A stretch of DNA of 64,000 bases from Octopus bimaculoides (lineage: Eukaryota): the NCBI RefSeq assembly GCF_001194135.2, contig NC_068982.1:6607260-6671259 (forward strand). Reading direction: 5' to 3'. A model generated the notes under the pieces. That model was not told where the DNA came from. It saw nothing but the letters and a program-made list of their open reading frames with translations, and searched no databases. Within the stretch, counting starts at the first letter, position 1. The number at the start of each line of letters is the position of its first letter. A program made the position numbers and the translations under genes. Positions 24,781 through 37,258 of the stretch are shown one piece after another.

Positions 24781-24852
24781 GTCTATGCTGACGAGAACAC
24801 GGATGTTGTTACGTAAGTAAAATGTTAATGTTCGAAACTGCAGTCCATGGAT
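24781..24852 (+). ncRNA. type I hammerhead ribozyme, all core nucleotides intact, GUC cleavage site after 24845
   Basis: GTCTATG-CTGACGA-GAACA(29 nt)TGTTC-GAAA-CTGCAGT-C-CATGGAT. Stem I 7 bp (2 GU), G10.1-C11.1 present, stem III is the perfect palindrome ACTGCAGT. Confidence 0.85.
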
Positions 24853-25053
24853 AATTCTTTATTCTGTATATTTCTCATTTTGTCCTGTTCGGGTGTTTTT
24901 GTGAAATTTTTCTGGAGAACATTATTTTTCTTTGTGGTTGGGTTGTTGATGACCTCTTTCTAGCATATTGGATGTCCACCTAGTGGTCATCCCTTATACA
25001 CGTGTAATACAATATATAAATAGACAGACAGACAGGTAGATAGATAGATAGAT

Positions 25054-25087
<34 letters not shown>

Positions 25088-25755
25088 ACAGACAGACAGA
25101 CAAATAGATAGATAGATACACAGAGAAATAGACATAGACATATAGATATACTGTACAAGGTGTTTGGGCTCAATCAACATGCATGTATGTACACACATAG
25201 ATATACAAGGTGTTCAGGTTAAATTTATCTGTTCGCATAAAAGGGAAAAAACACAATATCCCAGCCAAAACTAAAAGTATTTTTAAAATATCAAGAAATA
25301 TCAATTAGATAATGGCTGGGAGATAACAGTTTACTGAAAGTATATAATATGGATAATGAAACGAATGGCTTACACCTGGTAGCTTACTGGTAAAGTACTC
25401 ACGCCATGCAGCTTACCCGAGGGCCTTTATGCATCCATATTTGTTACCGGTTATTTTTAATACTTTTCTCGCAAGATTACATGTTCGTTTCTCTTCTTGC
25501 CATCTGGGATTTTATTTTTGATTTTCTATGTAAATGAAGATATTTCCTCCGTCTGGCTGCTTCTCTCTATAAAACAGAAAGTTACATTGCGGAACAATCA
25601 TTTTAAACGAGTTGTATTTATTTATCACCCGATGCTCTTGAACCAGTTGCTGAGTGTCCCACCCAAACGGAATCGATGCTAGATGTGTTGAAACAATTGT
25701 CATGATTAATAATAAATTCTTGTATATTCCATCTTCCGTCTTTCATTTGCCATAT

Positions 25756-26183
25756 CTTTACTCTTTACACTTTTACTTATTTCAGTCATTTTTGACTGTG
25801 GCCATGCTGGAGCACCGCCTTTAGTCGAGCAAATCGACCCCAGGACTTATTCTTTGGAAGTCTAGTACTTATTCTATCAGTCTCTTTTGCCGAACCGCTA
25901 AGTTACGAGGGCGTAAACACACCAGCATCAGTTGTCAAGCGATGTTGGGAGGACAAACACAGACACAAACACACACACACAAATATATACACACACACGC
26001 ACATACATATATACATACATATATACGACGGGTTTCTTTCAGTTTCCGTCTACCAAATCCACTCACAAGGCTTTGGTCAGCCCGAGGCTATAGTAGAAGA
26101 CACTTGCCCAAGGTGCCATGCAGTGGGACTGAACCCGGAGCTATGTGGTTCATAAGCAATCTACATACCACACAGCCACTCCT
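25756..26183 (-). mobile_element. tRNA-derived SINE family A (full length)
   Basis: Near-identical to 26907-27320, 48183-48590 and 56685-57062. Confidence 0.9.
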
Positions 26184-26687
26184 ATGTCTATATATATATA
26201 TATATATATATNNNNNNNNNNNNNNNNNNNNNNNNNNNNNNNNNNNNNNNNNNNNNNNNNNNNNNNNNNNNNNNNNNNNNNNNNNNNNNNNNNNNNNNNN
26301 NNNNNNNNNNNNNNNNNATATATATAAAATTAAAACTTACTTGCAAAGGGACATGCGGCATTCGATAATATAATAATACAAATGATATGTTAGCATATGC
26401 ATATATACATACATATATGTACATACCTACATCTACATGTATATATACATGCATATCCGGGTACAGGACGTCAAAAAAACGTGGACAAAATAAGAAATGG
26501 GAACATAAACAAAGCACAAAAAACGAATTTTTTTTACGTACAACAGAATGAACACATAGGAAAACAGACAAGCCACGTATGGAACTTTTCCTTCATCAAC
26601 TGCCTCTATTCTAAACTAGGCATTTCGAAGATGAGACATCTTCCTTCAAACAGACAGTCAGGAGTGACACCTGCTGGGTTTGGCTGC

Positions 26688-26887
26688 TCTACATTGATAA
26701 GAGGCAAATACCCTGAAACTAGTCTGTAGATGCTAAACCAGCAAGGGGAAGTGGGTGACCTTCCTTGTTCGAAGGTTATAATGGACACAGGTTCGTGTGT
26801 CACATAGCTAGCTAGAGGCGATGGCCTCTTGGAGCTAATCAACGGCAGCATTCGTCCTATTTTTCTGGACAGCCATGTTGGCTTGGC
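26688..26887 (+). mobile_element. HHR-GACAC-hairpin element, solo copy with decayed core
   Basis: TCTACA-TTGATAA-G-AGG..CCT-GAAA-CTAGT-C-TGTAGA. 26761-26887 aligns to the 53269-53412 arm (CCTTGTTCGAA, GGACACAG, ATAGCTAGCT, CATTCGTCCTA, GGAC.GCCATGTT). Confidence 0.75.
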
Positions 26888-26906
26888 GATAACTATTAAT
26901 ATGTAT

Positions 26907-27320
26907 ACTCTTACTCTCTTTTACTTGTTTCAGTCATTTGACTGTGGCCATGCTGGAGCACCACCTTTAGTCGAGCAAATCGACCCCAGGACTTATTCTT
27001 TGTAAGCCTAGTACTTATTCTATCAGTCTCTTGTGCCGAACTGCTAAGTTACGGAGATGTAAACACACCAGCATCGGTTGTCAAGTGATGTTGGGGGGAC
27101 AAACACAGACACACAAGCATATACACACACATACATACATATATATATATACATATATACGACTGGCTTCTTTCAGTTTCCGTCTACCAAATCCACTCGC
27201 AAGGCTTTGGTCGGCCCGAGGCTATAGTAGAAGACACTTGCCCAAGGTGCCATGCAGTTGGAAAGAAACCGGAACCATGTGGTTGGTAAGCAAGCTACTT
27301 ACCACACAGCCACTCCTGCG
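26907..27320 (-). mobile_element. tRNA-derived SINE family A (full length)
   Basis: As the other family A copies. Confidence 0.9.
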
Positions 27321-28554
27321 CCTATATATATATCTGCACCTGTATATATATATCTACACAGCAAATTCTATCTGACCCATGCAAGCATGGAAAACTGCAT
27401 GTTAAATCAATGATGATATATGCATCTGTGTATGTAAGTAAACACACACACGCACACACAAGTATATTTTGATACCTCAAGAAATTAATAATCTTAACAA
27501 ATTTTATGTCCTTTAGATGGTTGAAATGGCACTTTCATGATGTAACTGGTGTATGAAATGATATATATAAGTATACATTGTAGTATACATATGTATATAT
27601 GTATGTATGTGTGTGTTCAGGTATTTAACTTCTGCTTTAATATTCACAAAATTCTTTGAAATATGTGACAAGGCTGTTTAGAAGCTAAATAGAATATCCA
27701 ATTTAGTTGTTCATAATGAAGAATTTTTTGCATAAAATGAAAATAAGTGGCAAAAAAAAAAAATAGCAATCTAAAATTAGACTGAAGGATCATAAAAATC
27801 ATTGCTATTTTAGATAGCGTTTACTTAATGAAATGTATCTTTTGTAGTTTTAAAGCTCAATTTATTTCTACTGTAAAATTAATAATGTTCAAACTCATAT
27901 TTCTTCTTCTTTATATCCCTTCAATCAATCTATGTATTCTTTTGGCTGTGCTTCTTGGAATATTTCAAAGATCACCATTATTTCTATTACTGCCATTACC
28001 GACACCTTCTTGACTATCAGCCTCATCAACCGTCAACACTTTCCCCATGGATGTGAGTTATGACATTAAGAACAGGATTACAGGCTGCAGCAGCGAGTAT
28101 AATGGAAGGAGAGACGCAAACAGTTCCAGCAGCGGCAGCGGCAGGATTCCTAGTAGAAATAGTATCAGCAACAGCAGGATTGTGCGGTAGCAGCTTCAGG
28201 AACATTAGTCACATGGATGCAATACACAGAAGTGATCAATAGTGTTCTATAAGTTCTAGTTCTGATGATTCTGGATAGCTTAACTTCTGAACTCAGATAA
28301 TAGGGCTTCAACTATAGCCATGAGCCAATCAAAGCCTTGTGAGTAGATTTGGTAGATGGAAACTGAAAGAAGCCCTTCATATATTTATATATGCGTGTTG
28401 AATCAAGTAAAACCAAAATCGTAGGTATGGCCAGTTCCCCCTGACTGGCTCCCGTGCTGATGGCACGTAAAAAGCACCATCCAAATGTGGTCAACTGAAC
28501 CTAGAACCACGTGGTTGGGAAGCAAGCTACTTACCGCACAGCCACTCCTATGCC

Positions 28555-30623
28555 TCTCAGTGTTGTTTGTGTTGCCGTCACATGTGGTATGTGTATCTCT
28601 CGCTCTGTGTGATTACTGTTTTAACTGTTTCCATTGCGTTAGATCATGAATAGGAGAGGCTGTGTGAATCACCCAGACAACTGTTGTTATGTATGTAGAA
28701 CGTTTGCTCCGTGTGACCAGCGGAAGAACATTACCACCAAATTAAAAACTACCTATAAATATTATTTCGAGTGTAAAGTTGGGGACCAAGACAAGAGGTG
28801 GGCACTTCATATATGCTACACCATGTGTGATTCAGGGCTTACACAGTGGCTGAATGGAAAACAGAAGGGAATACCTTTTGCTGTAGCAATGGTATGGCGT
28901 GAGCCAGCCGATCATGTCTCTGATTGTTACTTTTTGCATGACTAATATTAGTGGTTTCTCAAAGAAAACCAAAGCAAAAATTGTGCATGCAGATTGTAAG
29001 TCGGCTTTAAAACCAGTCCTACATGACTTCGAGAACCCTGTCCCAGTTCCCCTCTCACATGATTCACTGGAAGACCTTGACACGTCTCATGATGAACCCC
29101 CTGACTCTCCTATCAATGAAGAGTACGTAGTTGATTCTAAGAAAAATGAGCCAGGCTGGTTTAATCAAGAAGATTTAAATGATTTAGCAAGAGACCTAGC
29201 ATTGTCAAAGGAGAGGACAGAAGTTTTGAGATCCAAACTACAACAATGGAATCTCAAACAGCAAGGAAGGGAAATTTCCATTTTCCGTTCCCACCATGAA
29301 GGCTCATCTGTCTTTTTCAAGCATGAAAAGAATGCTTGTTTCTGTATTGATGCTAATGCGCTCATGCAAAAACTAGGACACGAGCATGTGGTTAACGAAT
29401 GGAGAATGTTTATAGAATGTTTATAGCCTTGTCAAAGCTGTGTTGTCACATTATGGTAGCGAAAAACCTTCCATTCCTGTGGATCATGTTGTCGGTATGG
29501 AAGAAACTCATGAATCATTGGAACTCTTTCTGAACGGAGTTAATTACTCAGTTCACATGAGGAAATATTTATGATGATTTAAAGGTGATTTCTCTCCTCC
29601 TAAGACTGCAGCTGGGATATACCAAAAATATATGCTTCGTGTGTGTTTGGAACAGCCACAACGACAGCAATCATTACACCGTAAAAGACTGGCCTAAAAG
29701 AGATGAGCACGTAGTTGATCAATACAATGTGTGGCATATTCCACTGGTAGACCTGTAAAAGATCTTCCTTCCACCCCTTCGCATCAAACTCGGTCTCATG
29801 AAAAACTTCGTAAAAGCAATGGTTGTGGCTTCCAGTACCTAAATGTAAAATTTGGTGCAGAGAAAAGTGACATAAAACTGAAAGCAGGCATTTTCATTGG
29901 ACCCAAGATCAGAGAATAGATATCTGATAGCAAATTCAGAGGTAAACTGAATCCAGTTGAGCTGACAGAATGGGATTTATTCGTGTGAGTTGTACAGAAC
30001 TTTCTTGGAAATCATAGAGCTGAAAACTATGCTGATTCAATAAACAACATGCTAACAGCATATCAAAGAATGGGATGTCGAATGTCCTTTAAAATGCACT
30101 TCTTGCATTCTCATTTCGATTTTTTTATAACAATCTTGGTGTCGTTAGTAATGAGTATGGTGGGAGGTTCCACCAGGACATATCTGAGATGGAAACGAAG
30201 TATCAGGGCCAGTTCGATCCACACATGATGGGTGACTACTGCTGGTTCCCACAACAGGAGACAAACGCAACACATAAGTGCAAGAACAAGTGTCTCAAAC
30301 ATTTCTGAGCTGAGCATATAAAAAATAAAGTGAATATTCCCTTAACATAAATATACTATCTACCATTATATTATAATACTATTTGCCTTGAACATAAATT
30401 TACTATATACAATACTAATATACTATTATAATAATTATGTAACTTGAACTTCACTATTCCTGATTCTAATATACTATTAACATAAAATAATATGCCTAAC
30501 TCAAAATCCTGACGTGCTAGAGCGATTCCGAGTTCAGATTCGGAAACAGCGTATTCGATTTAGTTTAGTACAGCACCATTTGTCTGGGTAGCAGACAATA
30601 AATCCTTTTTTTGTTGCCCAGTT
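28555..30623 (+). mobile_element. Chapaev3-type (CMC superfamily) DNA transposon, near-complete transposase pseudogene 28646-30308
   Basis: CVNHPDNCCYVC...GDQDKRWALHICYTMC...MVWREPADHVSDCYFC; LQLGYTKNICFVCVWNS; KIFLPPLRIKLGLMKNFVKAM; KLKAGIFIGPKIR; FLGNHRAENY; KMHFLHSH; GRFHQDISEMETKYQG..MMGDYCW, with several stops and frameshifts. Right end TTTTTGTTGCCCAGTT followed by TAA; left TIR not found. Superfamily assigned from remembered motifs. Confidence 0.75.
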
Positions 30624-31869
30624 TAATTGACTACCTCTCACAACAAATCTTATATCTAACAGTTTATTTATAGTTATTAGCAGCTCAGGCAATTCAGTCT
30701 GTATGTTAAGAATCTCATAACCTTTAACCTTTGTCAATAATGTTATAGGATTTACATTTAAGGTTCTTTTTAAACATATATATAGGCTGTAGGTAACAAT
30801 CTAATATTCTCTGTAACAATCTTTATCAGTGTTATTTATGAGCTGCGTTCATGTACTTGGCATCATATTTGTCTGCATCTACCCAGACAAACATTATTCT
30901 AAATCAATATTCATTAGAAATTATTTGCGAACCAATATTAAAAACACAGATTATAATCAGATTATCATATTAAAAGAAACTCAATTCATAATCTTCTTGC
31001 TGGAGTCCTATATTATACAAGTAACACTGCAACTGGAATAATTTATCACCTCCATAAGTCGTGTTTACTGGAAATTAGATTTTTCTTACTGTACAGTTTC
31101 AGTTATTGTTTTGTGTAAAGAAGTTGTTATTTGTTGAAAGTTGTTTAAAAATATTCATTTAATTTTTCTGTAAGTTTTTAAAATCTAAATATGATATAAA
31201 ATCAGTGTTTCTTATCACATATCAAGTTCAATGATTATCACAAACGAAATTCTGCTGGCTACAAGCAGAGACCACTTGCCATCAAAGTAGAACTTTTAGC
31301 ATTAGAAAGATATCCGAATGTAAAATCGATTTCTCCAAAAACATTTAAATGTCCAGATTTGTAAGAAAATGTTATTGGATTCATGATAGCTTAGAAAAAG
31401 GATATGTAAACAGTATAGAAGAAAATATCAAAAATATTTGACGTTTCTAATTTATAGCATTTTGAAAATGTAATCAAGAAAATTAAAAGGTCATAACTAG
31501 TTTGTGTTATAAATTAATTAAACTTAATGAGACACAAGTCTTTTATTCAAATTCCAATACGACTGTAGAGTTTTTGTAGCCTACCACTCCATTCCACTTC
31601 GTTATAGTCAGTTCATTAGTTACTGGTACAAAATACCCAATAAAAGAATATACGGAAATTAGTAAAACTGCAAAGGATTCAGTTCAATCCACTTCAAAAC
31701 TAATGTGTTCATGTGTGTACATGTATGCAATGAAATTCTCAATAATCATTTATAAAGAAAATAATTTGCTTGAGGTCACAAGTTGGTTGACAGTGAAGGA
31801 AGTCTTCATATGAATCAGATGCATTGGAGTAGTCAAATCTAGTATTAAGCACAAAATAAATGCCTTCAA

Positions 31870-32330
31870 ATACTTGGAAAGCTCACAAGAAGTGGTTGAT
31901 TGCTTACAAGGTGATATAATTAGCAGTGGCAGTGGATGTGCCAAAAGTGTAACAGCCAAAGTAAGAATGAAGTGGAACAAATGTATGGAAGGTATTTCTG
32001 CCCGAAGGACAAACTGTATGATGCCTGTGTATGGAATGCAATGCTATGCAATGGTGAGACTTGAAAGATTTGTGGCATCTGAAAAGAAATGAAGTGAACA
32101 TGCTCTGCTGGAGGTGTTATAATGGTAGTGTGTCTCAACAAGGGAGCATGAAAGAGCTGAGAGAAAGGGTGAATTTAGGGAGAATTGAAGAGAAGACTGT
32201 ACTGTTAGGGTATGTGATGAATACAGAAGGTGTTGCAAAATTAAGAGGTGAGTACTTGAAAAGTATGGAGCCTGTGGAAGTGGGAGACCAAGGAAAATAT
32301 GAGATGAAGAGGTGAACACTGACTTCAAGA
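31870..32330 (+). pseudogene. RTE-clade LINE RT C-terminal remnant
   Basis: EVVDC..GDIISSGSGCAKSVTAKVRMKWNK...KLYDACVWNAMLCNGETW...LKRNEVNML...GRPRKI*DEEVNTD across frameshifts. Confidence 0.75.
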
Positions 32331-33834
32331 AATTGATCTTCATGTAAGAGATGACAAAAGAAAAATGAATACATGATTATTAGTGACATCACTCCTTGGG
32401 GGAAACCTGTAGTAGTCTGTGGTCTGTAGCTAAAATAGTTGAATGATCTCTCTCTCTCTCTCTCTCTCTCTNNNNNNNNNNNNNNNNNNNNNNNNNNNNN
32501 NNNNNNNNNNNNNNNNCCTCTCCCCCCTCTCTCTCTCTATCTCTGGTTTGTGTCATAATAAACAGCATCCAATACCTGAATGTGAAATCATTGGCATTAG
32601 TAAGGACCCCTGATTTGTCTAAGAAAGCAGCAACTCCATATATGAACTGAGTTGGAATGCAATGACCTATCCAACCCAAAGCATCATGGAAAATAGATTT
32701 CAAAGGATGATGATGATGATGATGATGACGACGACCATGAGGATAATATAGATAACATCTGAAGAGCTGTATTATTGAACAATAATTTGTTATTAGAGGC
32801 ATTATGTAACATCTAAGGCTTGTAACTTATTACAATTACATTGAAAAGTATTAACCTTCAAAGACGCATTGCTGTGGTCTTACAAAACCCTAAGCTATGA
32901 GAATTCATCTCGAAAATTATTAAAAATCTGCCTTCAAAGAGAAAACCAACTTATTTGTATTGAGTTTCTCATTTGAGAATTTCATTTCTGGAATTTTTTT
33001 CTTTTGCTCAGGCCTTTCACTGATATATATTTTCTTAACCAAAATGAAATTCCTTAAGAATTTTTTTTTCTCTCTATATTCCTTATTATTAATCTCAAAC
33101 TATGTAACATCTGCTTTAATCTTTTTTCTGCCTTTGTACTATTTCATTTTTCTTTGTGTAAATGATATCAAAGCATGTTTTGTGATTTTTATAACAACTG
33201 ATCTTCTCACAAAAGGAAATAAGTCAGATATTGCATACAAACTAAACTGGTTTTTATAACTTACTTTTGTCACCATCTTAGAAGTCGTTGTTGTATGCTT
33301 CCAGTAAACTTTATTTCATCAGAGATATGGCATGGCAACAGCAAATTCAACATGTGATGTTAGGCTATGTGATATATATGACATTATAGTTTCTTGCATA
33401 CTGAAAGCTTAAAGAAAATATAACATAATTTACCTCTAAGAACTTACCTCATATTCTTTTGAACAAGGTATCTATTATTGATACACCATCTAAATTAATA
33501 TCAAACAAGATTTATTTGGTCAAAACTAGTCTGTAATTTAACTCTCCATATATTTATTGCATGTGTTCCTCAGTGTGAAAGTAACACACTTTCATTTGTC
33601 ATTTCGAAGTTTCATTTGTCATTTCAGACGATAGTTGCCGTGATTAATTTGGAATATGGAGTTGAGTGTTTAGACAACTTAATTGGTTACCAAACTACAC
33701 TAAATAAACTGCTGGTAATTTTAATTTGATGCTTCTAATAATTCCTGACAAAATTATGGAATCCTCACAGTTGGAGTATTTTTAACCAGATTTTGTTACT
33801 TTATGGCAAATAAAGTAAAAGATGGAAGTTTGGC

Positions 33835-33920
33835 AGTATGGGCTTGTCCTCTACTATAGCTTTGAGCTGACCAAAGCCCTTGTGATAGATTTGGTAGACA
33901 GAAACTAAACGAGCTCATTG

Positions 33921-33953
<33 letters not shown>

Positions 33954-34130
33954 TCCACCACTGCTTGACAACCGGTCTTAGTATGTTTACATCCCATAAC
34001 TTAGCAGTTCAGCAAAAATGACTGATAGAATAAGTACCAGGGTCAATCCATTCAAGAAAATATTCTTCATGGTGGTGCCCCAGCATGGCCACAGCCCAGT
34101 GACTGAAGCAAGTATAACAAATAAAAGAAC
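33835..34130 (+). mobile_element. SINE family A (5'-truncated, decayed)
   Basis: Body and tail motifs. Confidence 0.75.
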
Positions 34131-34299
34131 AAGAGCACCCAGAGAGTGCAAACTCCTGCCAAGGCAACACCAACATCCTCTCAACGATTAGCCGGAGATG
34201 ATTTTTAAAATGAGAATATCTGAAATAAACTCAACCGCCCTCACAAATGAGAATACTAAAAATGAACCCGACTGCTCTCAAGAATTAAGTAAAAAAACA

Positions 34300-34493
34300 G
34301 GAAAAATAATTCAGAATCCTTGTCTGGCACTGGATTGATCCCAACATTTAATCAGTTTGTGCCAGTCATGAGGCCAAACATCCCTGAAAGTTCCATCTCA
34401 ATCCATCCAGCGGTTCTTGAGATATCTTGTCCACGGACAAACAAACAAACACAACTGAAACAATACCCCCCGCATTCGCTAAGGTGGGGGTAA
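34300..34493. mobile_element. non-autonomous Helentron/HINE-like element fragment
   Basis: (CAAA)n microsatellite followed by the terminal stem-loop TACCCCCCGC-ATTCGCTAAG-GTGGGGGTA (34464-34492). Family assigned by resemblance only. Confidence 0.5.
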
Positions 34494-35437
34494 TAAAACA
34501 AATCTCAGATATGACAAGGAATCACTTTTGTTTAATGACTAATCATTCTGTCTCTATAAAACATATCTCACACAAACTAATTATTTTAATTAGTGGCTTT
34601 TTTTTTTTTTTTGCCTTGATTGAGGAGAGGTGGAAAAATTATAAATCACTCGATATTGAAGGAAAAATTATGGAATCACCTTGTAATTTGCATCTCTATA
34701 ACAAATATCACAACTTTAGAAATGCAAATTAGCTTGCCATTAAAATAGATTGCTTGCAAACCTTAACGAGTTAGTGGACTTGACTAATTGAAAGGAAATA
34801 TGGTCTCAATAAGAGAGTTGTCAAGTGAAACAATGGAAAGTATTCTAAACTCCTTCAAGAAAGAAACCAAACATGGAATGAGGCAAAAAATGTTCATCAT
34901 TGTTAATCAACTGTGTTTCAAATATTGTGCAAGTATAAACAAAATGGGAAGATTATAAAAGAATCAAAAGTAAGAAGACATTAAATCATCAAGAGTTCAA
35001 GGCAATATGCCTTGAATATAGAAATTGTACAAGAAAACAAATTGGTGCTGTAAATCCATAATGTTTGCCAGGGGCTGTAATCCAGTCTCATTTAACTGTG
35101 AACCATGCTACATTTCATGCATTACGTTTATTCAATAAAGCTTGACATCCTTTTAAAGCTGCAGGAATTTTATAATTTTGACAATTTGTTACTCTTTTTA
35201 GCTTCTAATTTTTTCTTTAACTAGTTTCAGCCATAAAACTGTGGCCATGCTGGAGTAATGTAGAGAAGAAATTTTAGCCAAATGAATCAATCCCAGTACT
35301 TTTTGTTTTGCTTTTTTTTTTTTGTAAGTCTTGTACTTATTCCATTGGTCTTTTCTGTTGAACTGCTAAGTTACAGGGATGTAAACGCACCAACATTGGT
35401 TATCAAGAGTATGGAGTATATAGATGATGTTGAAATA

Positions 35438-36024
35438 TTCTCAGACATGTAGAAGAGAAATGTTGAGGCAAATATGTACACATACTGTTATTGTAAAGAG
35501 TTGGCTAAATAAAAAATGATACACCCTGGTGTCATGCAAATGGCACCCATGCTAGTGGCACATAAAAGCACCCATTACACTCTCAGAGTGGTTGGCGTTA
35601 GGAAGGGCATCCAGCCAGAGAAAACCATGCCAAATCAACCTGGAGTCTGGTGCAGCCTTCCAGCGTGTCAGCCCTGTCAAACTGGCCAACCTATGTCAGC
35701 ATGGACAACAGACGTTAAATGATGATGATGTGTATATGCAAGTTTTTGTTGGCAATAATGCTCATAGAACTATTTGGATTGAGACTTCAAAAAAGTTGTT
35801 GAGTTGGGACAAGATGCCCAACTGCAAAACAGATAGTTTTCTCTGGCTGGATGCCCTTCCTAATGCCAATGACTCTGAGAGTAATAATGAGTGCTTTTAC
35901 ATGCCACTGGCACCGGTGCCATTTGCATGACACCAGGGTGTATCATTTTTAATTTAGCCAACTCTCTACAATAACAGTATGTGTACATATTTTCCTCAAC
36001 ATTTCTCTTCTCCATTTCTGAGAA
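35438..36024. repeat. ~188-bp inverted repeat (35438-35625 / 35836-36024) with 210-bp spacer
   Basis: Arms align by eye at roughly 90% and include both family C sequence and about 90 bp of adjacent non-family sequence. Confidence 0.9.
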
Positions 36025-36350
36025 CAGAAAACAGTTTACAAGTGATGCAGTTTATAAAAGTCTCCTTAGTTCGTCTGATGTGTCTCTTGCAGAAGTTTTC
36101 TTTTCAAGTGATTGATTTACAATCAGTGGGGTGGGTGATATCTTCCTTTTTGATATGGACCGTATGTTTTGTTCTAATGCAGAAAGTTTGCTTGCCTTCA
36201 GACTTTTGAGATGTTGAGAGATACATCTAGTATTTACCATCTGCTTTTCTGACTGAAGGGCGTTGGCACTGAAGCATAATTCATTCAAAGAACAGACAAC
36301 ATTGAATTCTGGGACTTAACTAACCAATCAGCTACTTATTCTTAGTTTAA

Positions 36351-36571
36351 CCCTTTGGTATCCCTAATTACCATGTCAAATTTAGTATTTATTTATTCAC
36401 ATTGTTTTGAATTAATCCAGCATTATACTGTAGCTTTGAGATTTCAATGAGGTGATTGCATATTTTTAGAATGACATTGTAGCATAGGTGTAAGAGGCCA
36501 GATTTTGACAGTTTGAACATAAAACAAGCAAAATATTTGGGCCAGATATGGTCGGTTTAAATTCTAAAGGG
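36351..36571. mobile_element. piggyBac-type MITE
   Basis: TTAA|CCCTTT...AAAGGG|TTAC termini. Confidence 0.7.
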
Positions 36572-37215
36572 TTACAGAAATGACAGTTTAGACACCTCTG
36601 TTCAATGGTTTAGAGTTTAATAATTCAAACTCCCATAGAAATAAAGAAAATGAAATTTGTTTTTTTTTTAGCTGTTGCTCATTCATTTCCTCTTTTTATT
36701 TTTCTTGTTTGAGAAAAACATACTCTGGAAATCTTGTTTCATAATTTAATGATTCATAAATCTCTTTACAAGTGTAATATGTTATTTCCTTCCCATCATT
36801 ACTATTTTAACATTATAAACAGACTTTTGTTGATTTCTTTTAGACTGCGGTCTTCTGTAGCATGGCACATTGTCTTAAACATTGCAGAAAAATTCCTGGA
36901 ATATTGTTGCAATGTTGAGTAAATCAATGTCACAATGTCATGTTTCTCTGAAAGGCTTCCTAATGGTATTTTGAAAAGTGCATTACACTCGTAAGTTAAA
37001 TGGACTTTCCATATCAAAGCTGATTATTTGTGGTCTTAAATCATTTTAGGTCTAAAAACAAGTGCTACCAAAGTTCCTGAAGATTGATGTGTGTTGTGCA
37101 AAAACTGGCAATTGGAAGGAAGTTCGAATGATGGATATTTACAAGAGCTTTTCAAGGAACTTAAGCGAAATTTATATTTTGGGTAGTTCCAGAAATCTTT
37201 TTTTAATGCCACATG

Positions 37216-37258
<43 letters not shown>

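Noticed and set aside
26567-26604. Minus-strand hammerhead-like remnant GGCAG-TTGATGA-A-GGAA(AAG)TTCC-ATACGT
   Set aside because: C3 is mutated, GAAA is lost and stem I is not in register; too decayed to call
27518-27549. Plus-strand exon-like segment (WLKWHFHDVT) after a strong acceptor
   Set aside because: Isolated, weak donor, and no partner exons found
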